Source: Desulfatiglandales bacterium (GTDB lineage: Bacteria; Desulfobacterota; DSM-4660; Desulfatiglandales; Desulfatiglandaceae). Taken from it: a stretch of DNA of 64,000 nucleotides. The notes under the pieces were generated by a model. The model had not been told where the DNA came from, made no database searches, and worked only from the letters and a program-made list of their open reading frames with translations. Positions 9,534 through 18,950 of the stretch are shown one piece after another. The stretch's first letter is position 1, and the number at the start of each line of letters is the position of its first letter. The position numbers were made by a program, and so were the translations under genes. The DNA lies in assembly GCA_963666345.1 (NCBI GenBank), contig OY762721.1, forward strand, positions 512,001 through 576,000, read 5' to 3'.

Positions 9534-10211
9534 ATGAGAACACGGGAGGGAAACAAGGAGCAGGACATCCTGGACGCGGCCACAAGCGTGTTCGCCCGAT
9601 ACGGCTACCACGGGGCAAAGATGGCCAAGATCGCCGAAGCGGCCGGGGTAGGCGCGGGAAGCCTCTATCTCTATTTCAAGGACAAGGCGGGTATTCTAAG
9701 CGGCATCTTTGAACGGCTTTTAAAAGCTCTTGCATTCGAGATGGATCGGGTGACCGCAAGGAAGGACCTGACAGGGATAGAAAAACTCGACGGCATCATC
9801 GATCTTGTCTTTGACATGTTTATCAACAACGCACCCTTAGCCCTTGTGTTCGTAAACGAGCACAACAATCTCATAATGGACGATGATCAAATTGCATCCG
9901 ATCCTTACGAACAGTTTCTGGAAAGGGCGGAAAAGGTCTTTATCCAGGGTTACAATGAGGGCCTGTTCAACCCCGATCTTGATTACAGGGTGTACAGGCA
10001 TTTCCTGTTCGGAGGTCTCAGAAGACTTATACATGAGTGGGCACGCCACCCGGACGACTTTCCCATAAACGGTATACGCCGTGACGTCAAACATTTCATA
10101 AAGCGGGGGATCATGGCCCCTTCAAAATCGCAAGGAGATAATTTTCATGAACTTCAGATGGTTAAAGGCATTGATCCTGCTCTGTCCCCTGTTCGGGATA
10201 CTCCTGCTTAG
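9534..10211 (+). CDS. TetR/AcrR family regulator
   Basis: ILDAATSVFARYGYHGAKMAKIAEAAGVGAGSLYLYFKDK HTH. Confidence 0.92.
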   Translation: MRTREGNKEQDILDAATSVFARYGYHGAKMAKIAEAAGVGAGSLYLYFKDKAGILSGIFERLLKALAFEMDRVTARKDLTGIEKLDGIIDLVFDMFINNAPLALVFVNEHNNLIMDDDQIASDPYEQFLERAEKVFIQGYNEGLFNPDLDYRVYRHFLFGGLRRLIHEWARHPDDFPINGIRRDVKHFIKRGIMAPSKSQGDNFHELQMVKGIDPALSPVRDTPA

Positions 10212-11541
10212 TCCTTCCGGGGCTCAGCCGGCGGAGCTGAGCTTTGATGCCGCGCTTAATGTGCTTCGCGAACGAAACGAGGCACTGAAGGCTGCCAGGA
10301 CCGAACGGGATATAAGTGAACAGCAGCGGCTTGCCGCTCGCGGACTATACCTTCCCAAAATCGAACTGGGTGCACGCTACGTCAAGCTGAACGACCCTAT
10401 TTCCATTGATCTCAACCCGGTGAGGGAGGTGCTGCTCGCACTTCACCCGACGGTGCCCTCTTCGGCGATCCCGTCATTTGACCTTGATGTGCAGGACGGG
10501 CGGTACTGGCAGGCTTACATCGGACTGACATGGCCGGTCTTCACCGGAGGTCGAATCACCGCGGCAAACCGTGCGTCAGACGCGCTGCTTGATGCCTCCA
10601 ACGAGGAGCTGCGGGCCACCGAGTACGGCCTCATGACTCAACTTGCCCAAAGGTACTTCGGGCTCCGCCTGGCCCAAAAAGTGGTGGACGTGAGATTCCG
10701 GATGCTTGAAGCCATAAAAAGCCATCTCGCACGTGCAGGCGCCCTTGAAAAGGAGGGTATGATCGCAAAGGCCGAACGGCTCCACGCAGAGGTTGCGCAT
10801 GCCGAGGCGGACAGGCTTCACCGCGGGGCAATACGCGACGCCTGCATGGCGGAGACGGCCCTTAGAAGCACACTTTCCATGGATAGCCCGGTCAAGGTCT
10901 CCTCTCCCCTTTTCACTGTTGAAAATCTTGAGGATGTCTCATATTTCAAGGAGACGGCAGTCAAACAAAACCCTCTTCTTCACCGGCTGGCCGCCCAAAA
11001 AGAGGCAGCCCACCAGGGCTTTCAAAAGGAAAAAGGGACCCTTTTCCCCGAGGTGTACCTGTTCGCGAACAGACAGCTTCATGAGGACGACCTGACCGTG
11101 CTCGATCCAAGCTGGGCCGCAGGCATGGGTCTTACCATGACGCTCTTTGACGGTATGAAGCGAACCCACAAAATCTCCGCCGCCCGGCTCCTTGAAAAAA
11201 AGACCTCTCATATAATGGAGCGCGCGCAGCGGGACATTTTGACCCTGATCGAAAAACGCTACCAGGAGGTCATGAAGGCCGGGGAACAGCTCCAGGCCAT
11301 TGCCGCATCCTTTGCCGCGGCAGAAGAAAACATCCGGGTCAGAACACGTGCCTTTGAGGAAGGCTTCGGCACCTCCCTTGATGTTGTGGATGCGGAGTGT
11401 GCCCTCTGTCGTGCCAGACTCGAGCGACTGGCGGCCGTGTACCAGCTGGATGTGTCTCTGGCCGGGCTTCTTGAGGCAAGCGGCAGAAGTGAAAGATTCG
11501 ATGAATACCGGACAAAAGCAGGTGCGGAGGTGATATTTTGA
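10147..11541 (+). CDS. TolC-family outer membrane efflux protein
   Basis: Signal peptide, YLPKI..., WPVFTGG and FEEGFGTSLDVVDA motifs. Confidence 0.9.
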   Translation: MNFRWLKALILLCPLFGILLLSPSGAQPAELSFDAALNVLRERNEALKAARTERDISEQQRLAARGLYLPKIELGARYVKLNDPISIDLNPVREVLLALHPTVPSSAIPSFDLDVQDGRYWQAYIGLTWPVFTGGRITAANRASDALLDASNEELRATEYGLMTQLAQRYFGLRLAQKVVDVRFRMLEAIKSHLARAGALEKEGMIAKAERLHAEVAHAEADRLHRGAIRDACMAETALRSTLSMDSPVKVSSPLFTVENLEDVSYFKETAVKQNPLLHRLAAQKEAAHQGFQKEKGTLFPEVYLFANRQLHEDDLTVLDPSWAAGMGLTMTLFDGMKRTHKISAARLLEKKTSHIMERAQRDILTLIEKRYQEVMKAGEQLQAIAASFAAAEENIRVRTRAFEEGFGTSLDVVDAECALCRARLERLAAVYQLDVSLAGLLEASGRSERFDEYRTKAGAEVIF

Positions 11542-12554
11542 AGACCTGGCATAAAATTTTACTCGTAATATCGGGGCTGTGTGTTGCGGCAGCGGTGCTT
11601 GCCGTTGCCGACTGGTACAGGCTGCACCCGGCGCCCCTTCTTGTTCAGGGGCAGGTGGAGGCGACAGAGGTGAGAGTCTCGTCAAAGCTGGCGGGACGCG
11701 TCTCCCTTATTCACGTAAAAGAAGGGGATTCGGTAAAGGAACATGATCGTCTGGTGACCCTCGAAAGCCCTGAAATAGAGGCAAAGCTTGCCCAGGCATC
11801 CGCCGCCAGAAATGCCGCTCAGGCCCGTGAACGAAAGGCGATCAAGGGGACCCGCCCGGAGAAGATTCGCTCCGCCCTTAACGTCTGGAAAAAGGCCAGG
11901 GCAGCGGCTGAACTTGCCGAGAAGACCTATAAGAGGATCGAGCGACTTGAGGCGGACGGTGTGCTTCCGGCCCAGAAGCTCGACGAGGCCGAGGCCGAAT
12001 GGAAGGCCTCAAACGAGACGGCCGAGGCTGCCGGGGCCACCTATGATATGGCCCTTGCAGGCACAAGGGAGGAGGATAAGAGTGCCGCCATGGCCATGGT
12101 GGAAAAGGCCGCAGGAGCGGTCTCCGAGGTGGAGGCCTACCTGAAGGAGACGGAGCTTGCAGCACCCATATCAGGTGAGGTTGCCGATATCATCGCCGAA
12201 AGGGGTGAGCTCGTTGCTCAAGGCTTTCCCCTCCTTGTCCTGGTTGATCTAAAGGATGTGTGGGTGACCTTCAACCTGCCCGAGGACCTCCTTGCGGACA
12301 TCCGCATGGGAAGTTCAATAGAGGCGGCATTTCCGGCATTGAAAGAAAAAAAGATCTCACTAAAGGTAAATTACATATCGGCGATGGGGGACTTTGCCAC
12401 ATTGAAGGCCACAAAGGCAACCGGGGATTTCGACATGCGAACCTTCGAGGTACGCGCCGTGCCTGAAACCCCTGTCCGGGGCCTGCGGCCCGGGATGAGT
12501 GCGGTGGTTGACTGGGGTCAATTTTTAACCGATCAGAAAACCGGGAGTTACTGA
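11538..12554 (+). CDS. HlyD-family membrane fusion protein
   Basis: GQVEA..V.VSSKLAGRV lipoyl-like half motifs; GDFATLKATK, GLRPGMS. Confidence 0.9.
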   Translation: MKTWHKILLVISGLCVAAAVLAVADWYRLHPAPLLVQGQVEATEVRVSSKLAGRVSLIHVKEGDSVKEHDRLVTLESPEIEAKLAQASAARNAAQARERKAIKGTRPEKIRSALNVWKKARAAAELAEKTYKRIERLEADGVLPAQKLDEAEAEWKASNETAEAAGATYDMALAGTREEDKSAAMAMVEKAAGAVSEVEAYLKETELAAPISGEVADIIAERGELVAQGFPLLVLVDLKDVWVTFNLPEDLLADIRMGSSIEAAFPALKEKKISLKVNYISAMGDFATLKATKATGDFDMRTFEVRAVPETPVRGLRPGMSAVVDWGQFLTDQKTGSY

Positions 12555-13741
12555 TGCATGGGAAGGCGCATGGCGGTATTTTCGCTGCAATGAGGAGAGA
12601 AATAGGCAGAATCACCTCCAATCCCCTCTTCTTCATGCTTATGGTCGTGCTTCCGCTTGGGACGGTGGCCGTTTTCCGGGCCATGTTCGGGGATATCGGG
12701 GTTCCCAGGGATCTTCCGGTAGCAGTATGCGATCAGGACCACAGTTCTCTTTCAAGGAATGTGACGCGCATGATCGACGCCACACCTTCGGTACGGGTTG
12801 CCGAAAGGGTCACCGACCCTTCGGGTGGCCGCAAACTGGTCTCGGAAGGCGTCACCTATGCCCTGATACTTCTACCCAAGGATCTTGAAAAAAAGGCCCT
12901 CATGCATGCCCCTGTTCCCGTGGTATGCTGGTATAACAACCAGTACATGCTCGCAGGAAGTCTCATCAACCGGGACGTGCGCACGGCCGTAAAGACGGTT
13001 TCAGCAGGGCTTGATATCAGTTTCAGGGAGGCACGAAACGAGACCAGGGAGGCGGCCATCGATCATCAGGAACCGGTTGTGCTTGACACCCACCTGCAGT
13101 TCAACCCGTACCTCAACTACGTCTATTTTCTTGAAAGCGCGCTTCTTCCCACAATGCTGCAGCTGTTCATCATCATAACCACAGTCTACGCCGTGGGGGC
13201 CGAACTCAAAAACGGCACGGCACGCAAATGGCTTGCCTCCGGATCAGGGCACAGGCGTGCCCTGGCTGGAAAGCTCCTGCCCTACAGTGCGGCATTTACG
13301 ATCCTTGGGATCATTATGAATGTCTTTCTTTTTTATTGGCGAGGGGTTCCCCTGCGCGGTTCAGGATCGCTCATCGCAGGCGCCACGGTCCTTCTTGTTC
13401 TCGCCAGTCAGTCGGTGGGTCTGCTTCTCATCACCATCACCTCAAACCTGCGCCTTTCCTTGAGCTTCGCGGCCTTCTACACGAGCACCGCCTTCGCCTT
13501 TGTGGGAATCACCTTTCCCCGCATCGGCATGATTACGCCGGCGCGTATCTGGGCCGATCTTTTACCTCTTACCCATTATCTGGACCTGTTCGTGGACCAG
13601 GCCCTTAGGGGCGCCCCGACGCGGGTCTCCTTCGACTCTCTGGCCGCCCTTGCCCTGTTCGCGGCGATGGGGGTCTGTGTCGCGGCATTGCCCCGGCTGG
13701 GAAGGCTCATGAAAAACGAACGTTACTGGGGGCGGATGTGA
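12554..13741 (+). CDS. ABC-2 type permease
   Basis: LPVAVCDQDHSSLSR, FNPYLNYVYF, multiple TM segments. Confidence 0.87.
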   Translation: MHGKAHGGIFAAMRREIGRITSNPLFFMLMVVLPLGTVAVFRAMFGDIGVPRDLPVAVCDQDHSSLSRNVTRMIDATPSVRVAERVTDPSGGRKLVSEGVTYALILLPKDLEKKALMHAPVPVVCWYNNQYMLAGSLINRDVRTAVKTVSAGLDISFREARNETREAAIDHQEPVVLDTHLQFNPYLNYVYFLESALLPTMLQLFIIITTVYAVGAELKNGTARKWLASGSGHRRALAGKLLPYSAAFTILGIIMNVFLFYWRGVPLRGSGSLIAGATVLLVLASQSVGLLLITITSNLRLSLSFAAFYTSTAFAFVGITFPRIGMITPARIWADLLPLTHYLDLFVDQALRGAPTRVSFDSLAALALFAAMGVCVAALPRLGRLMKNERYWGRM

Positions 13742-14883
13742 GAGCCGTTATCAGGGCATGGATGGACGAATACAGGGGGATACTTTCCGATGCGGGTGTA
13801 ATGCTCATCTTTTTCGGCGCTATTGCGGCGTATTCGATCATGTACCCCATTCCCTACTTTTCGGAGGTCTTAAGGGACGTTCCCGTGGCGGTGGTTGATC
13901 TGGATCGCTCCAGCCTCAGCAGGAAACTTGTGAGAATGATAGATGCAAACGAATACGTTCGGGCAGCCGATAAAACAGGAAATTTTGAATCGGCCAAAGC
14001 CCTCATGCTCGCAAGGGAGGTAAGCGGTGTGGTGGTAATTCCAGCCGATTTTTCAAAGAAGATCCTTCGTTCCGAGCAGTCGGAGGTTCCAGTCTATCTG
14101 GACGGGAGTTATTTTCTGACCTACAGGCAGACCCTTACAGGACTCATGCAGGCCGTGGGAACTCTTTCGGCAGGCATAGAGATACGCCGCATGGAGGCAC
14201 GCGGCACGCACCCTGTCCGGGCCGCAGCGGAAAGGGACCCGCTCCCCATGCGTTCCTACGCCCTTTTCAACCCTTCGGGCGGCTACGCAAGTTACATCGT
14301 TCCGGCCGTGTTCCTGCTGCTGCTCCAGCAGTCGCTGCTGATCGGAATAGGCATGAGGGCGGGCACCGCCAGGGAACAAAAGCCAAGCCGGATCCGCGGA
14401 CCGGCACCGGCGGAGGTACTTGGAAAGGCCGCGGCCTACTTCAGCATATACCTCATACACGCCATATATCTGTTCATGATACTTTTCAGGGTCTACCGTT
14501 TCCCGCAGCGGGCCGACCTCGGGGCGCTAGCCATGGTGATAATACCCTTTCTTGCGGCAAGCATATTTCTTGGGCTCGCCCTTTCAGCCGTTTTCAAGAC
14601 CAGGGAGACCTCCATGCTGGTGCTCCTGTGCACCTCGTTACCGGTACTTTTTCTAGCGGGCTTTGCCTGGCCGAGGGAAAGCATCCCCCAGTGGCTTCAG
14701 ACCCTGTCACTGGCCGTCCCCAGCACCGGGGCGATAAAGGCATTTCTTGAAATAAGTCAGATGGGTGCGGATATCAGCCAGGTAGCAGGTGAAACGGCAA
14801 TCCTATGGATCCTGGCTGCCGTCTACTTCGCAGCGGCTTGCGTCCTCGGTTCCGCTTCAAGGCGGCGGAAGGATTTGCTTTAG
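13738..14883 (+). CDS. ABC-2 type permease
   Basis: VPVAVVDLDRSSLSR, FNPSGGYASY, GFAWP. Confidence 0.87.
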   Translation: MRAVIRAWMDEYRGILSDAGVMLIFFGAIAAYSIMYPIPYFSEVLRDVPVAVVDLDRSSLSRKLVRMIDANEYVRAADKTGNFESAKALMLAREVSGVVVIPADFSKKILRSEQSEVPVYLDGSYFLTYRQTLTGLMQAVGTLSAGIEIRRMEARGTHPVRAAAERDPLPMRSYALFNPSGGYASYIVPAVFLLLLQQSLLIGIGMRAGTAREQKPSRIRGPAPAEVLGKAAAYFSIYLIHAIYLFMILFRVYRFPQRADLGALAMVIIPFLAASIFLGLALSAVFKTRETSMLVLLCTSLPVLFLAGFAWPRESIPQWLQTLSLAVPSTGAIKAFLEISQMGADISQVAGETAILWILAAVYFAAACVLGSASRRRKDLL

Positions 14884-14934
14884 CCCCGGGCTCAGGCCGC
14901 TGTTCAAGGCTTCGCGTTTCAGCTGAGAAAATGC

Positions 14935-14970
14935 AAGCCGGCACAAGGCGCTTTACCTGTGCCGGCTTTT
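14935..14970. terminator. Terminator hairpin between the convergent efflux and LPS operons
   Basis: AAGCCGGCACA...TGTGCCGGCTTTT. Confidence 0.7.
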
Positions 14971-14984
14971 ACTGAAAGGGGACC

Positions 14985-15155
14985 TTAATCGAGAGGCTTT
15001 GCCTCTTCTATAAGCATTACGGGGATATCATCCTTGATTTCGTATATGAGTCTGCAGTTGTCGCAGATAAGGCCGTCTCCCGCCTCGTTAAGGTATATGT
15101 CGCCCTTGCATTTCGGGCATGCCAGTATCTCAAGCAGTTCTTTGCTTATTGCCAT
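14985..15155 (-). CDS. Trm112-like (YcaR) protein
   Basis: MAISKELLEILACPKCKG...C..C...YEIKDDIPVML; GGAGG RBS. Confidence 0.9.
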   Translation of the reverse strand: MAISKELLEILACPKCKGDIYLNEAGDGLICDNCRLIYEIKDDIPVMLIEEAKPLD

Positions 15156-16284
15156 CCGGTGTTCCTCCCTTTTGTTTAATGTTGAATCCGTCAGATGTAC
15201 TTCTGATTTCTTGTTCCGCTTCAGGCTCCGGTTTCCCCGCTTTTTCCGCGAGCCTCTTTTTGACAACCTCAAAAACCGCGTCAACCGAGATCTCGTTCAT
15301 ACAGCGGGGGTTGCCGCACCTTCTCCTGAAACAGGGGCCGCACTCAAGGCGTTTTCTTATTACCGTGTGCCCTTTTCCGTAAGGCCCGGTCCTGTAAGGA
15401 GAGGTGGGCCCGAAAAGTGCGATCACGGGGCAACCCATCGCTGCGGCTATGTGCATGGGGCCTGTATCGGTTGTAATCATGAGAGCGCTTCTCTGGTAGA
15501 GCACGGACAGTTCCTTCAGGCTGGTCAGTCCCGCCAGGTTGGGCGCCCGGTTGTGCATCCGTTCCCTTATCTCATCAAGGACCGCACGATCACCGCTGCT
15601 TCCGGTAAATATTATATCACACCCCAGTTCGTCTATCACCCTGTCTGATAAAAGGGCGAAGTGTTCGGTTTTCCATAGTTTGGTAGTCCATTTCGCCATA
15701 GGATTTACCGCGACAAGAGGACGTTTGCCCAGTCCGAAAGTCTCAAAGACCTTTTCAATGGAATGGACATCCCTCCCGGATACCGGTATCCCGCCTACCC
15801 ATTCATGAGTCTCGAGCCCGAGATACTCCGTGACGGACAGATACCTCTTTACGGCATGAGTTGAATAGTCAACAGGGACCGGCTTCTCATTTAAAAACCA
15901 TTCAGCCCCTTCCCTTGATCCTGTCATGCCTATTTTTCTTCCGCCCTTTGACAGGCCGGTGATCACTCCGCTTTTAAAAAGGCCCTGAAGATCGATCACG
16001 AGGTCATAATACTGACTTCTCAGTTCACGTAAAAACCGGAAGACATCCCTGACGGCCGGAAGGCACTTTATGCCCGGCAGATCTTTCTGCCAGGACTTTC
16101 TCTTGGAGATTATCAGCCTGTTCAACAAAGGATGCCCCTCCAGTATGTCGGCCGCGTCCTGCTCAACGACCCAGTCGATCCTGGCATCGGGATAATTTTT
16201 TCTCAGGACCTCCAGAACCGGGAGGCAGTGAACCACATCGCCGATGGCGCTTAATTTTACTATCAGGATGCTCTTGGTATTCAT
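15130..16284 (-). CDS. waaC: LPS heptosyltransferase (GT9), WaaC-like
   Basis: ILIVKLSAIGDVVH, DLQGLFKS, DTGPMHIAAA. Confidence 0.8.
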   Translation of the reverse strand: MNTKSILIVKLSAIGDVVHCLPVLEVLRKNYPDARIDWVVEQDAADILEGHPLLNRLIISKRKSWQKDLPGIKCLPAVRDVFRFLRELRSQYYDLVIDLQGLFKSGVITGLSKGGRKIGMTGSREGAEWFLNEKPVPVDYSTHAVKRYLSVTEYLGLETHEWVGGIPVSGRDVHSIEKVFETFGLGKRPLVAVNPMAKWTTKLWKTEHFALLSDRVIDELGCDIIFTGSSGDRAVLDEIRERMHNRAPNLAGLTSLKELSVLYQRSALMITTDTGPMHIAAAMGCPVIALFGPTSPYRTGPYGKGHTVIRKRLECGPCFRRRCGNPRCMNEISVDAVFEVVKKRLAEKAGKPEPEAEQEIRSTSDGFNIKQKGGTPDGNKQRTA

Positions 16285-16859
16285 CGGTCTCCTGCCGACT
16301 TTATGCGGTTCACCGCGTCAGGCAGGTCCTCTGCGATGTAAAAGGGTTCGAAATTCATCTTCGGAAGGACATGCTCAACCTCGCCTTTTCCGTAACCTGA
16401 TTTCACAAGTATTCCTCTTATACCGGCACTGACGGCCATTTTTATGTCGTCGCATCGATCCCCCACCATAAAAGAGCCTTTAAGATCTATTTCAAAATCA
16501 TTACAGGCCAGATCGATCAGGCCCGTCTTCGGCTTTCGGCAGTCGCATTCTCCGGCGTAAGGCCTTACCGTACCCTTTGGATAGTGAGGGCAAAAATACA
16601 CGGCATCAAGAAGTGCGCCTTTTTCCTCCAATGCCCTCTTCATGAGCAGATTCACCTGTTCGACAAGTTGTATCGGGAAATAACCCCTTGCCACTCCCGA
16701 CTGGTTGGAAAGGACTATGACATGGTAGCCCATCCTGTTAAGCTCCCTGATCGCTCCGGAAACACCAGGCAGCAACACAAACCTGCTGATGTGATTTATG
16801 TATCCCATCTGTTCATTTATGGTGCCGTCCCTGTCGAGAAATACAGCCGGCTTTTTCAA
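16281..16859 (-). CDS. gmhB: D-glycero-D-manno-heptose 1,7-bisphosphate phosphatase
   Basis: AVFLDRDGTIN, NQSGVARG, CPH, CDCRKP, VGDR. Confidence 0.93.
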   Translation of the reverse strand: MKKPAVFLDRDGTINEQMGYINHISRFVLLPGVSGAIRELNRMGYHVIVLSNQSGVARGYFPIQLVEQVNLLMKRALEEKGALLDAVYFCPHYPKGTVRPYAGECDCRKPKTGLIDLACNDFEIDLKGSFMVGDRCDDIKMAVSAGIRGILVKSGYGKGEVEHVLPKMNFEPFYIAEDLPDAVNRIKSAGDR

Positions 16860-16886
16860 AACTCTGACCTCGATATCATTTAAATC

Positions 16887-17933
16887 CTAGCCTCTCAACC
16901 CTTCCATGGCCTCCCACACCTCATCGGGAGTTATTGAAAGCATGCAGTGGTGGTCTGTCGGACACTCCTGCTTCAGACAGGGAGCGCATTGAGCGTTGCG
17001 TGTAACGATCCTCGTCCTGAGCCCCCTGGGACTTGTGGTAACCGTGTCCGTAGGTCCGAAGATCGCTACGGTCGGGACACCCAGGGCCGCTGCTATGTGC
17101 ATGAGCCCCGAGTCATTAGTGACAAAAAAGTCACACCTTTCTATCACTCCCATGGCCTCCCTGAGGCTTGTCTCGGCGCAGAGGTTGATAGCATTGTTTG
17201 ACATGGCCCGGCACACCTCCTCGCATATGGAGGCCTCCTTTGCCGTTCCCAGGACAACGGTCCTGGCCCCCCATCGCTCGCAGGCCCGGTCTCCTATTTC
17301 CGAGAATCTTTCAGCAGGCCATCTCTTTGCCGACCCATAGATTGCCCCCGGGCTGAGTCCCACTATATAGTCATCACCGGTTAAGTCGTGACTTTCGAGT
17401 ATTTTCACTCCCTTTTCCCTGTCCTCTTTTGAAACGTAAAGATGAGGGTCCGCGGTTTCAGCGGCCCAGCCCATCATCCTCAGGATATTGAGATAATACT
17501 CCACCTGATGAACCCTGAGGATACGTCTGTTTTTTCTTGCGGGATGAGTCAGTAAAATTCCCCTGCAGTCGGTGCTATAGCCGATCCTGCAGGGGATACG
17601 CCCCATGAAGGCGACAAAGGCCGCCTCAAAGGCATTCTGCAGAAGTATGGCAAGGTCGAATTTTTCCCTCCGTACCCTGGCAACAGTCCTTTTTATACCG
17701 GTAATGCCGGAAGCAAAGCCATTCGCCCTTTCATACGGGATTACATCGTCAACCGCCGGATGTCCCTCGTAAACAGACAGCACCCAGGGCTTTGCCAGGA
17801 CCGTGATACGACTCTGAGGGAATATCCTGCGCACCGCCTCTATGGCCGGGAGGGTCATTACGGCATCACCCACCCAGTTGGTGCCTCTTATCATTATCCT
17901 GTCTATTGGGCTTCGGATTTTCTTTTCAGACAT
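16887..17933 (-). CDS. waaF: LPS heptosyltransferase II
   Basis: NWVGDAVM, PGAIYGSAKRWP, NDSGLMHIAAA; ATG start at 17933. Confidence 0.9.
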   Translation of the reverse strand: MSEKKIRSPIDRIMIRGTNWVGDAVMTLPAIEAVRRIFPQSRITVLAKPWVLSVYEGHPAVDDVIPYERANGFASGITGIKRTVARVRREKFDLAILLQNAFEAAFVAFMGRIPCRIGYSTDCRGILLTHPARKNRRILRVHQVEYYLNILRMMGWAAETADPHLYVSKEDREKGVKILESHDLTGDDYIVGLSPGAIYGSAKRWPAERFSEIGDRACERWGARTVVLGTAKEASICEEVCRAMSNNAINLCAETSLREAMGVIERCDFFVTNDSGLMHIAAALGVPTVAIFGPTDTVTTSPRGLRTRIVTRNAQCAPCLKQECPTDHHCMLSITPDEVWEAMEGLRG

Positions 17934-17944
17934 CTTATTCTGGG

Positions 17945-17998
17945 TCAAGGATTCAAGGGTTTGTTTTCCAGGGATCTTATCAGCGCTTCAAATATCCA
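17945..17998 (-). pseudogene. 3' footprint of a four-helix-bundle gene
   Basis: Reads WIFEALIRSLENKPLNP*, matching the C-terminus of the 27138 pseudogene (ILKEMIKSLERKPLKP), and ends in CTTGAATC CTTGACCC octamers. Confidence 0.6.
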
Positions 17999-18005
17999 AA
18001 AATGC

Positions 18006-18950
18006 TCAGGGCGCAGAAGCCTCAAAATAGTCCTCAGGCAGGGGGCAGGAGTTGACTGTCTTCCAGCGCCGGTGAAACCAGAACCAGTGATCGGGATGTC
18101 TTCTTATCTGCCTTTCAATGATCTTCATATAGACATTTGTTGTCTCTTCGATATCTCCGACCTTGTTTCCCCTACGAACCGCCTCCACTTCCTCTCCGAA
18201 ACTGATGAGGTATCTGCCGTCCTTCTGTCTGACCGAGAAGACGGGAACGACAGGTGTCCCTGTCTTTTGAGCCATAAGGGCCAGCCCTTTGTTAGTGCAG
18301 GCGAGTTTTCCGAAAAACGGCACAAACACCCCTTCATACCATGCCACGTTCTGATCAAGAAGTATCCCCACCGCCCTGTTTTCCTGAACCGCTTTTAGGA
18401 TCTTCCTGATCCCCCTCTGTTTAGGGATTATATCGGTACCGAAATTGGAACGGAGATCAGATATAATCCGCTCCGCCGGATAAAAATCTATGGGTCTTGC
18501 CACCACCGCCCCCGGTTTTTCAATCCTGACGGCCATGGCTGCCGACATCAACTCCCAGTTTCCGAAATGACCTGTCAGGATAAACACCCCCTTTCCCTTC
18601 TCAAGGGCATTAAAAAGACGCTTTTCGTTCTCGAAAACCACGTATTTTGAAAGATTTTCCCTCCTGAGCCTTAATATGTGAGGGACCTCAAAGGCCATCT
18701 GTGAGAAATGCAGGATTACCCTCCTGTTCAGATCGATGAGTTCTTTTTCCGTGAGCTCCGATCCGTAGGCCGTCCTCAACCCTTCAAGGGAGACCTTGAA
18801 CCTGCCTTTAAGTACCGGCGCGAACAACCTGCCTAATACGCGCCCGATCCGCTGTCCCAGGTGAAAGGGAATCAGAGACACAACCAGTACCGACAGACGC
18901 ATAAACCTGTATGTCAGTTCGCAGGATATCTTATTTTCTCTTGATTTCAT
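18006..18950 (-). CDS. lpxL: Lipid A late acyltransferase (LpxL/HtrB family)
   Basis: HFGNWE, LLDQ, PDHWFWFHRRWK. Confidence 0.88.
   Translation of the reverse strand: MKSRENKISCELTYRFMRLSVLVVSLIPFHLGQRIGRVLGRLFAPVLKGRFKVSLEGLRTAYGSELTEKELIDLNRRVILHFSQMAFEVPHILRLRRENLSKYVVFENEKRLFNALEKGKGVFILTGHFGNWELMSAAMAVRIEKPGAVVARPIDFYPAERIISDLRSNFGTDIIPKQRGIRKILKAVQENRAVGILLDQNVAWYEGVFVPFFGKLACTNKGLALMAQKTGTPVVPVFSVRQKDGRYLISFGEEVEAVRRGNKVGDIEETTNVYMKIIERQIRRHPDHWFWFHRRWKTVNSCPLPEDYFEASAP

Noticed and set aside
10147..10211. 65-bp tetR/tolC overlap as programmed recoding
   Set aside because: Both genes have their own RBS and start; a non-conserved TetR tail explains the overlap.
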